Assembly: GCA_049724395.1 (NCBI GenBank)
Contig: JAUGWO010000136.1
Coordinates: forward strand, 186,001-250,000
Length of the DNA stretch: 64,000 nt
Source of the DNA: Spongospora subterranea f. sp. subterranea
Lineage: Eukaryota
Direction of reading: 5' to 3'
Part shown: positions 39,176 through 54,232 of the stretch, piece after piece
How the letters are laid out: each line of letters begins with the position of its first letter
Position numbering within the stretch: position 1 is the first letter of the stretch
Notes under the pieces: generated by a model
The model's database searches: none
Told to the model about the DNA's origin: nothing
What the model saw: only the letters and a program-made list of their open reading frames with translations
Made by a program: the position numbers and the translations under genes

Positions 39176-41437
39176 CTAAACAGGATTTCTTATTGGCTGC
39201 CTTTCTATTTCAAGCTCTTTCGATACAACCTCGCCGATCACATTATAATCCTTCTTCAACAACGTCAATAAAGGATAAGCTTTAACCACAGCGTTTTCAA
39301 TTTCTTGATAAGTGATAGGATGTCCTGATTCCCATTTCGGAAGATACGCGGCCATTGCCTGCTTCGCGGCCTCACTCGCTGCAGAAGGATCTTGCGTCAT
39401 TGAATTTCTGCTTAATGCCTCGTCAAGCAGCTGGATATCTTCCAGCACTAAGCGTTTCGCTCTCTCTCCACATTCTTTTTGAATGAAAAAATAGAAGCGA
39501 GCGGTGATGAATAACACTGGCAAGATGAACGCCGCAATGGTCGAAGACTTTTTCTCAACCAATACTCCGATCAAGGTCAACTGGGAGAATCCGAGAGCAA
39601 ATACCAGACGCCCAAAGACTAAAGGAAACATTAATCCACCACCTTCAAAGTCGTGTGCCTTCACGTAGCAGAACAGGTACCGGTAAACAATGGAGCTGAC
39701 CAAGCAGAATAATGCACAGAATGGGACAATCAGAGGCGCGATTGGCATATAAATTATCCCAAGTGCAAATAGGAGTAATGATGATGGGTAATAATGATCG
39801 AATGCGAAACCACCAGGATCGGAAGCAATCCTGACGTCAGTTGCAGTTGTAGCGGATCGGATTTGAAACAATCCAGAGAGAAGACGAAACGGGATGAGCA
39901 ATTCTAAAGGCACGTTCAGGAGACTTTGGGTCATGATCATGATGATGAAGAAGCTAGATGCCTGAGGTAAAGACTCTGCTAGCTGCTTGAGAATATATCC
40001 TATAGTGATATCACTATAATTTCCTTGAAGCGCAGCAGTTGTCATTGTTGGTACCAAAAACACGTGAATGAACTGGAAATAATAAAAATCCCTGAATGTG
40101 TTCCGCTCAATATAGGATTCGGCAACGAATCCCTTGAAACGGGATAGTATTCGTAGAACCGGAGGAATCAGACTCATGACAATGATAACTGCTAAACTGG
40201 GAAGAAAGCCGGCAATAGCTGCCTTGAGGCTGGGGCTAAACTCCAGTAATGGATCAAGGGCTGGAATTACCTCGATTAGCAGTTCAAGCTTGGTGAAGGA
40301 TGCTAGGAATGTGACTGGGGCAGTGTAGGAAACCAGGCATAAAAGGAAAGCCATCGTTGCCAGCGTTTGACGAAACCATCGCTGCTTTTGTGATAATCCG
40401 ATATTGGGCCAAACAATATCACGGGGCTCGGGAGCCGGCGATCCGCTCATTCCCATGGTTTGCGTTAACGGGATCTGAACTGCCATTGCAGCAGCATTGA
40501 ACGTGTTAAATGTGACGAATCCTGATGGTAATGGTCGGAACTGTTGCTTTGACAGCTTCAATAGTTCATCGTTCAACTTTTCAAGCTCAGTTTTCAATCC
40601 TTTCAACTTGACCGACATGATAGGCCTGTCTTGATCCCTCTGCCTTTTACGCAATCGTTTTGAAATCGCTTGTTCGATTTTATAAATCAGCACTTCTCGC
40701 TTGGTATAGACATTCATCATCTCTCGGCTGTCCCTTAACAAAATGGAAGTTTTCACTTGATCGTCGCGAAATAAAGTTTCTAAGTAGGTGCTGAGGTCTT
40801 TGTTACTTGCGATATGGGAAGGAATATCCTGAAGCAATATAGACAGCTGTTCAATGCGCAGCATCGATTGCTTATTACTGAGGAAATATGTGTGTCTTAG
40901 TTCAACATATCTTGTGTACTCGGCTCGCAATAGCCACATGAGCAAAGCGCTGGTGAAGTACATGATAATGGCATGGATCCATAAAGAGCTGCTAGAATCA
41001 ACTACATGACCAACTGTTAAAGTCATCATCTGAAACTTGATATCGAACACATCAGGTTCAGGACCGGCCATGATATGCACTGGGATGATGATCCCGCATG
41101 ATACAATTGCCATGATTGCAAAGAATCGCAACCCCAGATAAAAAAATCTGACGAACATGGTGGCGTCTAGCCCAATGATACAAACAAGGTTATGATCATC
41201 CATCGTCATAAGAGATCGGATCCAGCTAAATCCAGTAACTCGAATTTCCGGTGGAGTAGACCTGATTTCATTGGACTTGGGACATTCGATTCGCGGTTGG
41301 TATATCCATTGATACCGCCGAGAGACCAATGTGAAGAGCACAAATATAGACAGCAACAGGAAGGAGTTGAGAGCAATTGCCGCGAAGAAAGCCCCCACAC
41401 TACGATCCTCTATAGCCAAGGCCGATTTCTCGGACAT
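39176..41437 (-). CDS. OSCA/TMEM63/CSC1 mechanosensitive cation channel, intronless
   Basis: IYQPR, IGLDATMFVRFF, SGFVTFNT, PAPEPRDIVWPNI, LAESLPQASSFF, IAPLIVPF, YRYLFCYV and FEGGGLMFP. Confidence 0.93.
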   Translation of the reverse strand: MSEKSALAIEDRSVGAFFAAIALNSFLLLSIFVLFTLVSRRYQWIYQPRIECPKSNEIRSTPPEIRVTGFSWIRSLMTMDDHNLVCIIGLDATMFVRFFYLGLRFFAIMAIVSCGIIIPVHIMAGPEPDVFDIKFQMMTLTVGHVVDSSSSLWIHAIIMYFTSALLMWLLRAEYTRYVELRHTYFLSNKQSMLRIEQLSILLQDIPSHIASNKDLSTYLETLFRDDQVKTSILLRDSREMMNVYTKREVLIYKIEQAISKRLRKRQRDQDRPIMSVKLKGLKTELEKLNDELLKLSKQQFRPLPSGFVTFNTFNAAAMAVQIPLTQTMGMSGSPAPEPRDIVWPNIGLSQKQRWFRQTLATMAFLLCLVSYTAPVTFLASFTKLELLIEVIPALDPLLEFSPSLKAAIAGFLPSLAVIIVMSLIPPVLRILSRFKGFVAESYIERNTFRDFYYFQFIHVFLVPTMTTAALQGNYSDITIGYILKQLAESLPQASSFFIIMIMTQSLLNVPLELLIPFRLLSGLFQIRSATTATDVRIASDPGGFAFDHYYPSSLLLFALGIIYMPIAPLIVPFCALFCLVSSIVYRYLFCYVKAHDFEGGGLMFPLVFGRLVFALGFSQLTLIGVLVEKKSSTIAAFILPVLFITARFYFFIQKECGERAKRLVLEDIQLLDEALSRNSMTQDPSAASEAAKQAMAAYLPKWESGHPITYQEIENAVVKAYPLLTLLKKDYNVIGEVVSKELEIERQPIRNPV

Positions 41438-42013
41438 GATACCTAAATGGCCTGACCTGAGTACGGAGGCATCTAAAAGAGACGACGTGACCTTCAAGTG
41501 CAGCTCGGAAGATGACTCATGGAGTCATGGCTTTTCACGCAGCTGTCAGCATCAGAGCTTGAATAATTTTCGCGTCTTATGAATACGATTCATGCCTAGC
41601 GAACCTAACCACCCCATTGGAGGCTTTGCTAAACAAAATTCTTGTTAAAAGCATCGATTAATGTTCAACTTTGAAGCGCCATTACATCTGAAACGACGCT
41701 TATATTTACGTTTTGGTTCAAAAGCATCTTGGCAACTGCCTTTGACGACCGAACTGTTCGTCGATCAGGATCACTGCCTGCAAGAATTAGATGCTCGGCT
41801 AGCTTGCAATCGTTCATTCGAGATTTCTCGAAGTCCAGAAACTGTAAACAGTTGCGTCAATAGTGATAGCGGAGAGTGACTCAATCGATGGCCGAACCAT
41901 CAGGTCACTCATGCGGCAAGTCTCATTTTGATTGCGATTTTCTTTTAGAAGAGATAACTCATTAGACACGAGATAACTCGTCGACCCCTCGATCCACTTA
42001 ATATTAATTATAC

Positions 42014-42604
42014 ATGGAATCCTGCTCGATGAACCTCGGTCCCGCTCAAGTAAAGCAATTTGAAAACCCGGCTGTTCTTCGAAGAAGGAGAGTATTGAAA
42101 TATCTTGAGACATGTTCTTATATGGTGGCCATCATAGTATGCATGATTTCATTGAACTGGTTCATGGGATCTGTTGTAACCGGGGCTAACCGTTCCTGGA
42201 GTGCCGCAAACACACGCCGATTAGCTCGTGCATTCCGCTCATGGAGGTGGAAGACTTTCTACTTCTTGCCTGCAATATTGTTCGTGTGTAACCTGATACA
42301 TAGACGATTCTTCAAGGGAGTTGTTATCCAGCTAATCAGCCTGGGTTCACGAGTTGGCATTATTGGCTGGGTTCTCAATCAATTCTACATGCTCACCTTT
42401 CTCATGTACCGTCTGCAACGGCGATCATCGGACCAGATTTGGTGCCAAGACGCCATCTCGCATCTCTTCTTGGCCGCAATCACCTTCACCTGCATTTTAT
42501 CGATTGAAGGGCTCCATATCTTTTCCGTCATCGTGGGTCTAGTCGCAGACATCAGAAGGAAAAACAACTGGGCGTTGCCGACCAAGATGGTGAAGGCACT
42601 TTAA
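42014..42604 (+). CDS. Hypothetical multi-pass membrane protein
   Basis: 196-aa ORF with about 4-5 hydrophobic segments. No recognised family. Confidence 0.55.
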   Translation: MESCSMNLGPAQVKQFENPAVLRRRRVLKYLETCSYMVAIIVCMISLNWFMGSVVTGANRSWSAANTRRLARAFRSWRWKTFYFLPAILFVCNLIHRRFFKGVVIQLISLGSRVGIIGWVLNQFYMLTFLMYRLQRRSSDQIWCQDAISHLFLAAITFTCILSIEGLHIFSVIVGLVADIRRKNNWALPTKMVKAL

Positions 42605-42822
42605 GAATACATGATCTCAGATATTCAATATCATCCTAAATAACATCGATTTTGAAATAGCGAGATATGTTTCGATACCTGACGATACAGGTGGACACTG
42701 ATCACTGTAACGAAAGTGGTCACGCCAACACGGCACGTAGCGTATCATGGTGACTGTGTAGTGTGCGTTTCTGGTAGATCAATCACACTTATCGTGATAA
42801 AGTCAGGTCGGGTGTGTGTGTG

Positions 42823-44348
42823 ATGATGTTTTCACAGCAGTTGTGGAAAAGGGCAGTTGGACGTTTCGCCCGTCGGTTCTCGGATGACACTAGTGAATAT
42901 TACCTTGGAGTTAAAAACGCACCGTTCTCGTACAAGATGGAGTTTTCCAGCGGGAACTGCACCATTCCCACATATAGAGTGTTAGACAGTGAAGGAGCCT
43001 TATCTGATCGCGACCACGTTGTAAATGTCAGTTAACGGTAATTGGATACTACACATAAGAACTCAGCTTTGATTTTAGATTGATGAGCAAACACTTGTGA
43101 AACTTTATAAAGGAATGGTAACTCTGCGAACAATGGACGGGTTGTTTTGTAAGCATCAATTTTTTATTCATCATGTTTCGGAATCTGTTCTGATTCGCAT
43201 TGTAGTCGATATTCAACGTCAAGGACGCATCTCATTCTATGTACGTTATGGTTTGATTTCCTGATCTCAGAGGTAGTTGCTGACAAACTCTGTATATTGA
43301 AGATGACGAGCGCGGGAGAGGAGGCGCTTCAATTTGGTTCTGCATCAGCCATGAAAGATTCTGATGTTGTTTACGGTCAATGTATGCAAACACAGCTTCT
43401 CGATAATTGAAAACTGATGATGATTGTTTCAGATCGAGAACCTGGAGTAATCATGTACCGAGGTTTTACTTTAGACCAGTTTGCATCTCAGTGTTTTGCC
43501 TGCCATGATGATCTCGGGAAAGGTCGTCAAATGCCTGTTCATTATGGGTCCAAAGCCCTTAATTATCATACAATATCGAGCCCTCTGGCTACACAAATTC
43601 CTCAAGCAGCAGGAGCCGCATACGCTCTTAAAATGGAGGGAAAGCAACGCTGTGTAGTGTGCTATTTTGGTGATGGAGCTGCGTCTGAAGGTGACTTCCA
43701 TCCTGCACTCAATTTTGCGGCTACACGGGACTGCCCGGTCATATTCTTTTGCAGAAATAATGGGTACGCGATAAGCACTCCTATTAAGGACCAATACAGA
43801 GGAGACGGAATTGCCCCAAGGGCTGTTGGATACGGCATGCAAGCAATTCGAGTCGATGGAAATGATCTCATCGCTGTACACGAAGTCACAAAAGCAGCAC
43901 GTGAACTAGCAGTAAAAGAGAACCGTCCCGTTTTTATTGAGGCCATGTCTTATCGTGGAGGGCACCATTCTACAAGCGACGATTCTACTGCGTAAACAAT
44001 CGGAAATCTGATTCGCATTCATTTTTAACGCAGAGCGATAGGTACCGATCTCCAGAAGAAATTTTGGACTGGCAGCTTACGGATGATCCACTGACAAGAA
44101 CAAGAAACTATTTGCGAAACCTGGGATGCTGGACAGATGCGCAGGAAGATGGCCTACTGAAAACCGTAAGAGAGGAGGTGATGGCCAGTATAAGCAAAGC
44201 AGAGAAGAAGAAAAAGCCATCCCTCGACAACATGTTTACTGACGTATATGAAGAAATACCGGTTCACCTAGAAGAGCAACGTCGATGTTTGCAAGAACAT
44301 TTGAAAAAATATCCAGAGGATTATAAAGTGGACCAGTACCATTCATAA
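42823..44348 (+). CDS. BCKDHA: Branched-chain alpha-keto acid dehydrogenase E1 alpha, mitochondrial, multi-exon
   Basis: [62 protein letters not shown] and [12 protein letters not shown]. Confidence 0.97.
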
Positions 44349-44763
44349 TCAAATAAAGCGCCTCAAGCGACTTGGGTCAGGTATACTGGTGACCCGAAGG
44401 ATGGCGGCAACAAGAAAATCCGTCGGCGACGATGTCGTTTCGAGCACAACAATGTTGCCAAAATTGTTTTGACCCCGTACATTAATCATTGCCGAACCCC
44501 ATACCAACATGGACCAATATGAAGGTCTGCCTCATAAAAGCTTTTGATCAGGAGGATGATGTTCCGCGAGCCGCCGGGCCGGGGTATCAGACAATCCTTT
44601 TGCAGCCAGAGGCCACGCATCATGAACTCGACAGCTCAGACTACAGTCACTAACTCGGTACTGTACACACGTAACGGGCTGCGGTGTAACACTAACACGT
44701 GCGTTGCACTGTAGCGATCCTCCTTGTCTGTCTGTCTGATATCCGCCCGATCATGATCCATTG

Positions 44764-47624
44764 ATGAGTGGGATATCATCTGGTAATGGCTCATCATTAC
44801 ATCTTGAGGACGGTTATGACGTCAATCACGATCACCAACCTGTAAATGATCTCGTCGAAATCGCTCATTCCCATCCCGACAGTGATGTGGATGATGCGGA
44901 TTATTGCCAAGCGGAAGATGCATTGACTGAGATCGCCAATGAAGTGGCACAACCTTCCCATGATTGTCTCACTGTTTTATGTGAAGGTCTACCATGTGCG
45001 GATCTCATCATATCAAGTATTGTTCGAGCTCAAACTCTCCCTACCGATCTTGTTCTTATCTTCAATCTGTCCAATTCGATGGATTCTTCGAAGCTGTCTC
45101 CCACAGAACTCTACATTCAGCGGCGATTAGCTTCATTATCACCTCCCCTGTTATTGTCCAAAGTAAACAGCTCATTATCTGCATCAGCTCGTCAACAGAT
45201 GTACATATCCGGTCATGTATTCTCAATCCCGCTCACGACAGCTACTCTCGATCTTATTCAAGGGGTGTTGCCCGGTCATCTTATCCATGGTTTAGTGTTC
45301 CTCGATGCTCACAACATGGTGAATGGCTCGAAAGAGGCGTTGGTCATGCGTCTTGTGAGCGCCAATCCCTCTGGTCATACTCCCTTCATCAAACTATTCA
45401 CATCGAACACAAGTGCTTTGGTGTCGGGTTATAGCCGCATAGAACATGTTCTCACTAATGCCGGAATTTCAAATGTCCATCTCTGGCCCAGATTTCGTGT
45501 CAGATTACGAGATACGCTGGCTCGTTCGCCCATAGACAACGTCAACGTTTTCCTTACTATGACTGAATTACAACAACAGATTCAATCATCCATCGAAGAA
45601 GTTCTTCAGATCTGTCTAACAGAGGTGCAGACGTCTTGTAAGCGATACCTATCCGACGTCTCGTTCCCAACTGAAAATCTGCTTGCCTCACAACACGATA
45701 TTCGCATTCGGCGATTGCTGCAATCAAAGTGGCATTCAGTTGGCAAGAACACCAAGCAATTACTTGCGGATCTTGCGTTGCTTCGTAAACTGTTTTTCCT
45801 GTTGATCAACGTTGATTGCGTATCGTTTTATCGATTCTTATTATCGATTCAGCAGACGCCACGATCTCAGCATTCTCAGTGGTTGCTGACTGCACCGGCC
45901 GACCGTTTATTTAAACTTGCCAAAAGACGTCTGTATTCTGTGGCAAACGATCGCCTGAATGTAACTTTGCAAGCAAATCCTAAATGGTCAATTTTGCGGG
46001 AGATTCTGGATGAGATTGCTGATGATGGTATTCCCCGCTGTGGTCCTGTCCTTGTAGTCTGTTCCGATACATTATCCTGTTCTAATTTGCAAGACTATCT
46101 TCAGGTGGGGTGTCAGGAGTTTCTTCAAAAGAAATGGAAACTCTTACTTTTGAGTTTACGGTTCCGTAAATCCGACCTCGAAAAAGGTCTGCAGCCGCCA
46201 GAAGATGAACGGAGCAATATATATGCAGGGAAACGGGTCGAGAGGCGTTTATTGTGCGAAGAGTTCTATCGACTACAAGGGAAAGCAGAAAAAGCGCGAG
46301 CCAATACAAATCGTTGCGCAAAGGGATCTTCAAAGGGGCTAACGATGGGAAGGAAAAAGCAGAAAACATCTTGTGAACCAGAAGCCGTCACTAAGGGCTC
46401 TAAAGTTACTCAAAAAACTCTGAAGGATCTGTTCAAACAGGGTTGCTCTCGGTCATCCAACGCTGTTGTGTTAGAGGAGCAAGATGATCTACCTGTGATG
46501 TTTTGGCCGAAAAATCAAAAAAGTATCCCGCTATCGACCATCAATGTACGCAATCTGCTCCAATCTTTCAAATTTATTATCGATGACGCCCACTTGTTTT
46601 GCAGCCCATGTACGCGATCGTTTATGACTGTGATGTTGGGGTGATGCGAGAGGTTTGTCTGGATGTAGCTCAAACGCCGCATTGTTGTCTGATTTTCCTG
46701 CAACAGCTCGAAGTGTTCAAATCCCAGTATCCTCATTTCCTCCATAGAGTCTACACAATTGTCTACGAGAACTCTATAGAAGAAGCGGTCATGACAGATC
46801 GGATCAATCGCGAATGTAGCGCTTTTGAGTCCCTGGCACAACAGATTGGCCACATGGTGCTATCGGCTCGGAGTTTCGCATTGCCCACAATAGAAGCGAC
46901 AAGTTCCAGAAAGGGAGGTAACCAGATAAAGGATCGCCAGAAGGTGATTGTGGATATTCGGGAATTTCGCAGTTCTCTTCCCGGTGTATTATACGAGAGT
47001 GGTATTGAAATTATCCCAGTTACCCTGGAGGTTGGCGATTACATTCTCAGCCCCGAAATCTGCATCGAAAGGAAGAGCGTCTCCGATCTGATCGGCTCTC
47101 TGAATTCGGGTCGTCTCTTTACTCAGCTAACATCCATGAAGCGACTCTATCAGCACCCGATGCTGTTGATTGAATTTGACTACAACGAGCCATTCTCATG
47201 GCAACAAGATCTACACGAGAAGGTTGGTCTAAGCAGTTCATCGCAGATATGTACCCGTATAGCTCTGGTTGCTATGGCGTTCCCCGATTGCCGCCTGATT
47301 TGGAGCCGAAACCCCAAGGTCACCTGCTCCATTTTCTTGCGTCTGAAAGCTGGCCATGATCAGCCTGATGTGGCCAAGGCGGCTACGATCTCGCTAGATT
47401 CGGAAGATGTCATCAATGACAACAACGGTGGGTCATATATCGCCTTCGATATGCTGCGTCGTATACCCGGCGTCACATCGTCCAACGTCGCCGGATTGAT
47501 GAGCTCTGTCAAGTGTCTTGCCGATGTTCTGACCCTGACCCGATCCTCGTTGACGAAGGTTGTCGGGGCCAATAGTGCGGCCAATCTGTTGAACTTCATC
47601 AATGCCGATATCGCTATCAGCTAA
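44764..47624 (+). CDS. ERCC4: DNA repair endonuclease XPF/ERCC4/Rad1
   Basis: LWPRF, NPKWSILREILDEI, VIVDIREFRSSLP, TLEVGDYILSPEICIERKSVSDLIGSLNSGRL, and a C-terminal HhH (LRRIPGV). Confidence 0.95.
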
Positions 47625-47838
47625 CTGTCATCAATTCACGTTTGTTTTGTCACAAACCGCCATTCACTGTTCGGTAAATTATGCGCTTTATATTTATCTG
47701 TTAATAAACGATGTGATCTAAATTGACTCATGTTATTCACATCTGGTGTCATCTTTATACCACTTCAGTTGAATCATCCCCATTCATATCTCGAAATTTG
47801 TAAATTATTCTGACGCCGTGATCGGTCGTGATCGTACG

Positions 47839-48588
47839 ATGCGATCATCGTGTCTCCTCATATCTATACTCGCAATTGCCTCCTCCTTCGTCAGCGTCGC
47901 CCAATTGCAGGGCCACAAATCGCGTCCAGCGAAAGTCTGTACGCTGCCCGATAAGATCCTGATCGCGAACGGGCACACCACCTCTGTTCGCGGGTGTTCG
48001 CGATCGTTCAGTTCAGGTCTGAACCGCATTCAATACGACATATCGTGTTCGTTGGACGACGATTGTCGTTATTCCAGCTACCTATCCAACGATGGTGATT
48101 GCCAACGGGAGGATCCATCCCCGCCGGCGATCGGTGTCTTCAGCGATTCGCTTTGCACCCCGGGCCCTGATCCAGGAACAGGTCGCCGTCGAGATTGTTC
48201 TCGCCGGGTCGATGTTCCGCCCGCAGATTCAAACATGAACGAGATCTGTGTGGTGATATCGTGCCAAAGCCCGAACGGCTGCAATGTCAACGCCACGATC
48301 CGTCTGGAAGGGGAAGGATCGATCCGGAAATACGCCAAGATTATCGAACCGGAAGGGAACGATCGGGCTCGTTCGCCCAGCGAATTGCCCCAGGTTTGGG
48401 TGATGATCGGGTTCAGTATCGCGGTCACCTTCATCATCACCTGCTGTATCTGCTGTGCTATTCGAACACGAAAACGGCACGATCGCCTGGATCCGAACAA
48501 CGTCGATGGGGTTTGGGTATTGGCGACGGGGGCCGCTTATGATAGTCGCCCGAGGAACTCAACGGATCCGACAATTAACGATATATAA
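47839..48588 (+). CDS. Cys-rich type I membrane protein (signal peptide, ectodomain, TM with CCICC)
   Basis: MRSSCLLISILAIASSFVSVA signal, multiple Cys in the ectodomain, VWVMIGFSIAVTFIITCCICCAIRTRKR. Confidence 0.7.
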   Translation: MRSSCLLISILAIASSFVSVAQLQGHKSRPAKVCTLPDKILIANGHTTSVRGCSRSFSSGLNRIQYDISCSLDDDCRYSSYLSNDGDCQREDPSPPAIGVFSDSLCTPGPDPGTGRRRDCSRRVDVPPADSNMNEICVVISCQSPNGCNVNATIRLEGEGSIRKYAKIIEPEGNDRARSPSELPQVWVMIGFSIAVTFIITCCICCAIRTRKRHDRLDPNNVDGVWVLATGAAYDSRPRNSTDPTINDI

Positions 48589-48687
48589 ACGAGTCTGATT
48601 AAATTAATGACTATCACGGCGACGACGAGGGTATTCCCTGGTCGGCGGTTGTGTTGTCCGTCCCGGGGATCGCTGCCCAGGTCATCA

Positions 48688-51193
48688 ATGGGGAAAAAGG
48701 GGCGACGGACTAGTCGGGGAAGTGGTCCCGGTCCAGGGATAGGACTATCGCCATCCGGTGATGACCACGAGCCGGTTCATGACGTGCTCAACCCGCGGCC
48801 GGCGATTGTCTCTGTCGGGGTGAGGGCGAATGAGGAGGTGGAGGAGGTCGTGACCTGCGATCATTGGTCGGACCTGGAGAGCGCCCCCAGCAAATGGAAG
48901 GCGATGGCGTCGGCAATCGCACAGGCCCTGGTGCTATCCCCGCCCAGGTCTGGTCCACCCCTGCGAATACTATCGCCATATGGCATTCCCTGTCAGGTTT
49001 TTTTCGGGTCTGTTCAGCAAACCCATCTGTATTTACCATCGTATTATATCGCCAACCAATCGACCCGACCGACTCTTCATCATATATCGACTCCCCCTAT
49101 TATTGCCCTCAAAATCATTGTTCATCCGCTCAATCATAACTCCAATCTCGCGTCAATGGCGGTCCGACAGACTGTATCGGATCTATTCGTCGTGGATCGG
49201 CAAGTGATTATGGTCGATGTGATGGGGGAAACCCATCATTACACGATCCGGATTCAGGATCCATCGCCCAATATCGACAACCTCGATCATCACCCGCAGA
49301 TATTCCGGTTATCGCCATCGACTCGGATCATCATATCGTCCAGTGAATTATCGTCAAACCCTTCTTCTCTATCAGATCAAGACCAACACTATCCATTACC
49401 ATTACCGTCATCATTTCCTGGTATTGGTGGTCTATCCCGTGAACTTCAATCCATCTATGATTTCGCCTCATTGTGCTTACACAAATACGATCTGCTCCAG
49501 AAGATGAATGTGTCGGTGTCATGCAAAGGACTCCTTCTCTATGGGTATTATTTCGACCGATTCCATCTTCTGTATTGCGGTTCTAATCTATGTGAATTAG
49601 GCCACCGGGCACGGGGAAATCGCTAATCGCCCGCCATCTGTCATCGGCAATGGGTGCATCGCTGCATTCAATTAACGGTGCCGATTGCCTTTCGGGGACG
49701 ATCGGAAAGTCGGAATCAATTCTGAAGCGGTTGTTTAACAAGGCGATCGTCGACGCCCCATCGATTATATTCATGTCGGTTCGCGATCCCTTTCGCCTTC
49801 GTCTATCGGTTTTGATTTCCGCTTCTGCAGTGACGAGATCGACGTATTATGCCCTGATCCTGCTTCTGGCAATCCCTCGTCTGAAACGGCGCTACACGCA
49901 CGAATGGGGTTCACATTGTCGTCATTATTCGCATCGTTAGATCAACGTTCGCGGGTACTGGTCGTGGCGGCGACCAATCGCCCCAACTCCATCGACCCCT
50001 CACTTCGCCAGCCGGGAAGATTCGATCGGGAAACCTTGATTGGCGTTCCCAATCCGACAGATCGTCTGGAAATTCTGAAAATCATTGTTAAGAGTCTTGG
50101 CGATCACGCGATCACTGATGGCGGTCTCGCGTACGTCGCTGAGTCCTCGCATGGCTTTGTCGGTGCCGATCTTCACGCCCTCGTCAAACAAGCTGCACTG
50201 TTCTGTCTCCATCGTGGTGAACCCGTTCTGGTTTGTGGCGATGAACACCTGCGTCAGGCGCTCAACGTCATCGGTCCTTCGGCACTACGCGACACCGTTG
50301 TTGAGGTGCCGAAAGTGCTCTGGGATCATATCGGAGGTCAAGAACAAGCGAAATCCACTTTGAAGGAAGTTGTTGAATGGCCTTTGCGATATCCGGACGC
50401 GTTTGCACGGCTGGGTATACAACCCCCTCGAGGAGTTCTACTCTATGGACCTCCAGGATGCTCAAAAACGATGATGGCAAGGGCGTTGGCCACTGAATCA
50501 TCGTTGAACTTCATTGCTGTGAAAGGGCCCGAACTTCTTTCGAAATGGGTCGGCGACAGCGAAAAAGCCGTTCGCGATATATTCGTGAAAGCGCGCGGAT
50601 CGGCGCCAACCATCGTGTTCTTCGACGAGATCGACTCGATCGCCAGCACGCGACAAGGAATGCAGAGCGGTGTCGGCGGCGGATCTGCCGTTGGTGATCG
50701 GGTTCTCAGCCAGCTTCTCAGCGAGCTGGATGGGATCGAGGTCCACGGTTCTGTGATCGTTGTCGCTGCCACCAATCGCCCAGGTTCGTTGGACCCCGCC
50801 CTGTTGCGCCCTGGCCGAATCGACCGCATGTGCTATGTATCTTTACCTGACGCCAGCGCTCGTCGGCAGATTCTCAAAATCCACCTGTAGTTCTGTGTGA
50901 TACGCTCGTGATTTGCGACCGTAGCTGACATTCCGTTCAGGGCAAAATACAAAACGTCGGAAACAATCGACGCCGAGGAAGCCGTCAGGCGCACCGACGG
51001 ATTCTCTGGAGCGGAAATAGGCGCGATCTGCCGGGAAGCAGCGCTGAAGGCGATGGAGGAATACGGGTTACACGATGGTGACGGGATAAGAAGAGCGCAC
51101 ATGAATGCCGCGTTGGCCGAAGCCAAGCCGAGAATATCGCCAGAATCGGTCGAATACTACGAACGATTCGCGGCGAAATCCATAAGGAAATAG
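48688..51193 (+). CDS. AFG2: Double-ring AAA+ ATPase of the AFG2/SPATA5 (Drg1) family, multi-exon
   Basis: D1: GLLLYGPPGTGKS, ATNRPNSIDPSLRQPGRFDRE. D2: IGGQE, GVLLYGPPGCSKT, KGPELLSKWVGDSE, FFDEID, ALLRPGRIDR. TAG at 51191-51193. Confidence 0.88.
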
Positions 51194-51251
51194 AGGCAGA
51201 TCAACATATTAGGAGCAGGACCTGAACATTGTATAATTCATAAAAATCTCA

Positions 51252-52837
<1,586 letters not shown>

Positions 52838-53295
52838 CCAGTAATATATGTGCAATGAGAGTTGGCAAGACGGTCAATAACCACACAGCAGAGACGGTGT
52901 CGACAGGATAGTCTATACTGGACCCGCTCTCAATAACAACACGCGTGACCCTTGTCCCCCTGTGTATCGCTATAGGCACTCACTCCACTCACGCACTAAT
53001 CACTCGAGATACACCTTATCATGTCGTGAGAATTAGCGTTACCCGCTGCTGTTCCACCGTCCTCGCTCCATCTCCGTGTGTGCGTATGGCCCGACGCCTC
53101 CCCGAACAAATCGGAAATCGTGTCTTTTTGTTATGATCGAATTTGGATTCCGAATACAATACCGTTTAGACATTGCAAGTTTTGCAAGATACAGCCTTAA
53201 GAGCGGCGTCACGAAGTCATGGTTTTAAGTGTGTAAACTTTATCATTTGTCCTATGGCTTCAAACGATCTTATGGAGGAAAACGTTTTGTACAAT

Positions 53296-54232
53296 TTATT
53301 CTTGAACAACCGCTGAAAGAGCATTTACATTTTTTCTACCCCATGCTACATTCCAACTTACATTGCGCTTTCCGCGATCGGACTTCAATGGGCTTGCAAA
53401 TATACCATCTTCGCTTTCCAATTGACCACTCGTCTTATCTTCTACGATGGCGCTTTTTGAGGTGGACGACAACGGAATTGTACAGAAACTAGCGACCGTC
53501 TTCCCCGATTTTCTTGCTAGACACATGCCATTCTTTCCATGATTTACGGAAATGATAGGTGGTCGTCCTCCGGTATCGATTGCTTTCTGCTTCTTGTGTG
53601 ATGCTACAGCTGACGATGCTGGTCGAGAAAGCCTTTTCTTTGGAGAAACTTCGTTTTGATGGTCACAGTTCTCGCTTTCTGTGAATTTTAACCTATCTAT
53701 TTCGTATTTTAGCTTCATATTACTCTCCAGTAACCGTTCGACGTCTTTAGCGCGCCTTTTCTCGCTGTCTTCTATCATTGATTTGACTTCAATTAGAATG
53801 TTAGTGTGTGCCGATTTCAAATCTGAACGGATCCGGCTAACTTCATCTCGTATCTGATACCGATTCGCTCGAGCCTCTGCCATTAAGTTTTTTATATCGG
53901 CCATATCTTCTTGAACAGATTGGCGCATTGTGCTATTGGCGGCATCGATAACAGCACCGATTGCTCGTAATTCACCAGATCCTGCATCGTTTTCTGCTGA
54001 CCAATCGCTCCAAATAATGCTGCAAATCGCAGATTCTGCTTTCGACTCGTTCTAGTGCGGTCGCTTGAACAGGTATAGCGGGCGTCACTTCCCTTGCAGG
54101 AACAACCTGTTGTCGGGTTTTATATGGCCTAATTTGGCCATTGTTAACCTGTGATGCTTCACCGCCAGAGCTTTCCACTTGAATGCAAGCTATTACTTCG
54201 TCCCTCGCGGCACGGCTTCGTGTTGACACCAT
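53296..54232 (-). CDS. Hypothetical coiled-coil protein with basic C-terminus, 2 exons
   Basis: ORFs 53972-54232 and 53296-53928 can be joined by an intron. Heptad-rich centre, NLS-like PKKR. Confidence 0.6.

Noticed and set aside
44360..44625. Possible small minus-strand gene between BCKDHA and XPF
   Set aside because: All frames stop early and any model needs assumed indels.
5952..51193. Ribosome-biogenesis cluster (WDR75, C1D, MAK21, AFG2)
   Set aside because: The genes are dispersed over 45 kb among unrelated genes, and this functional class is large.
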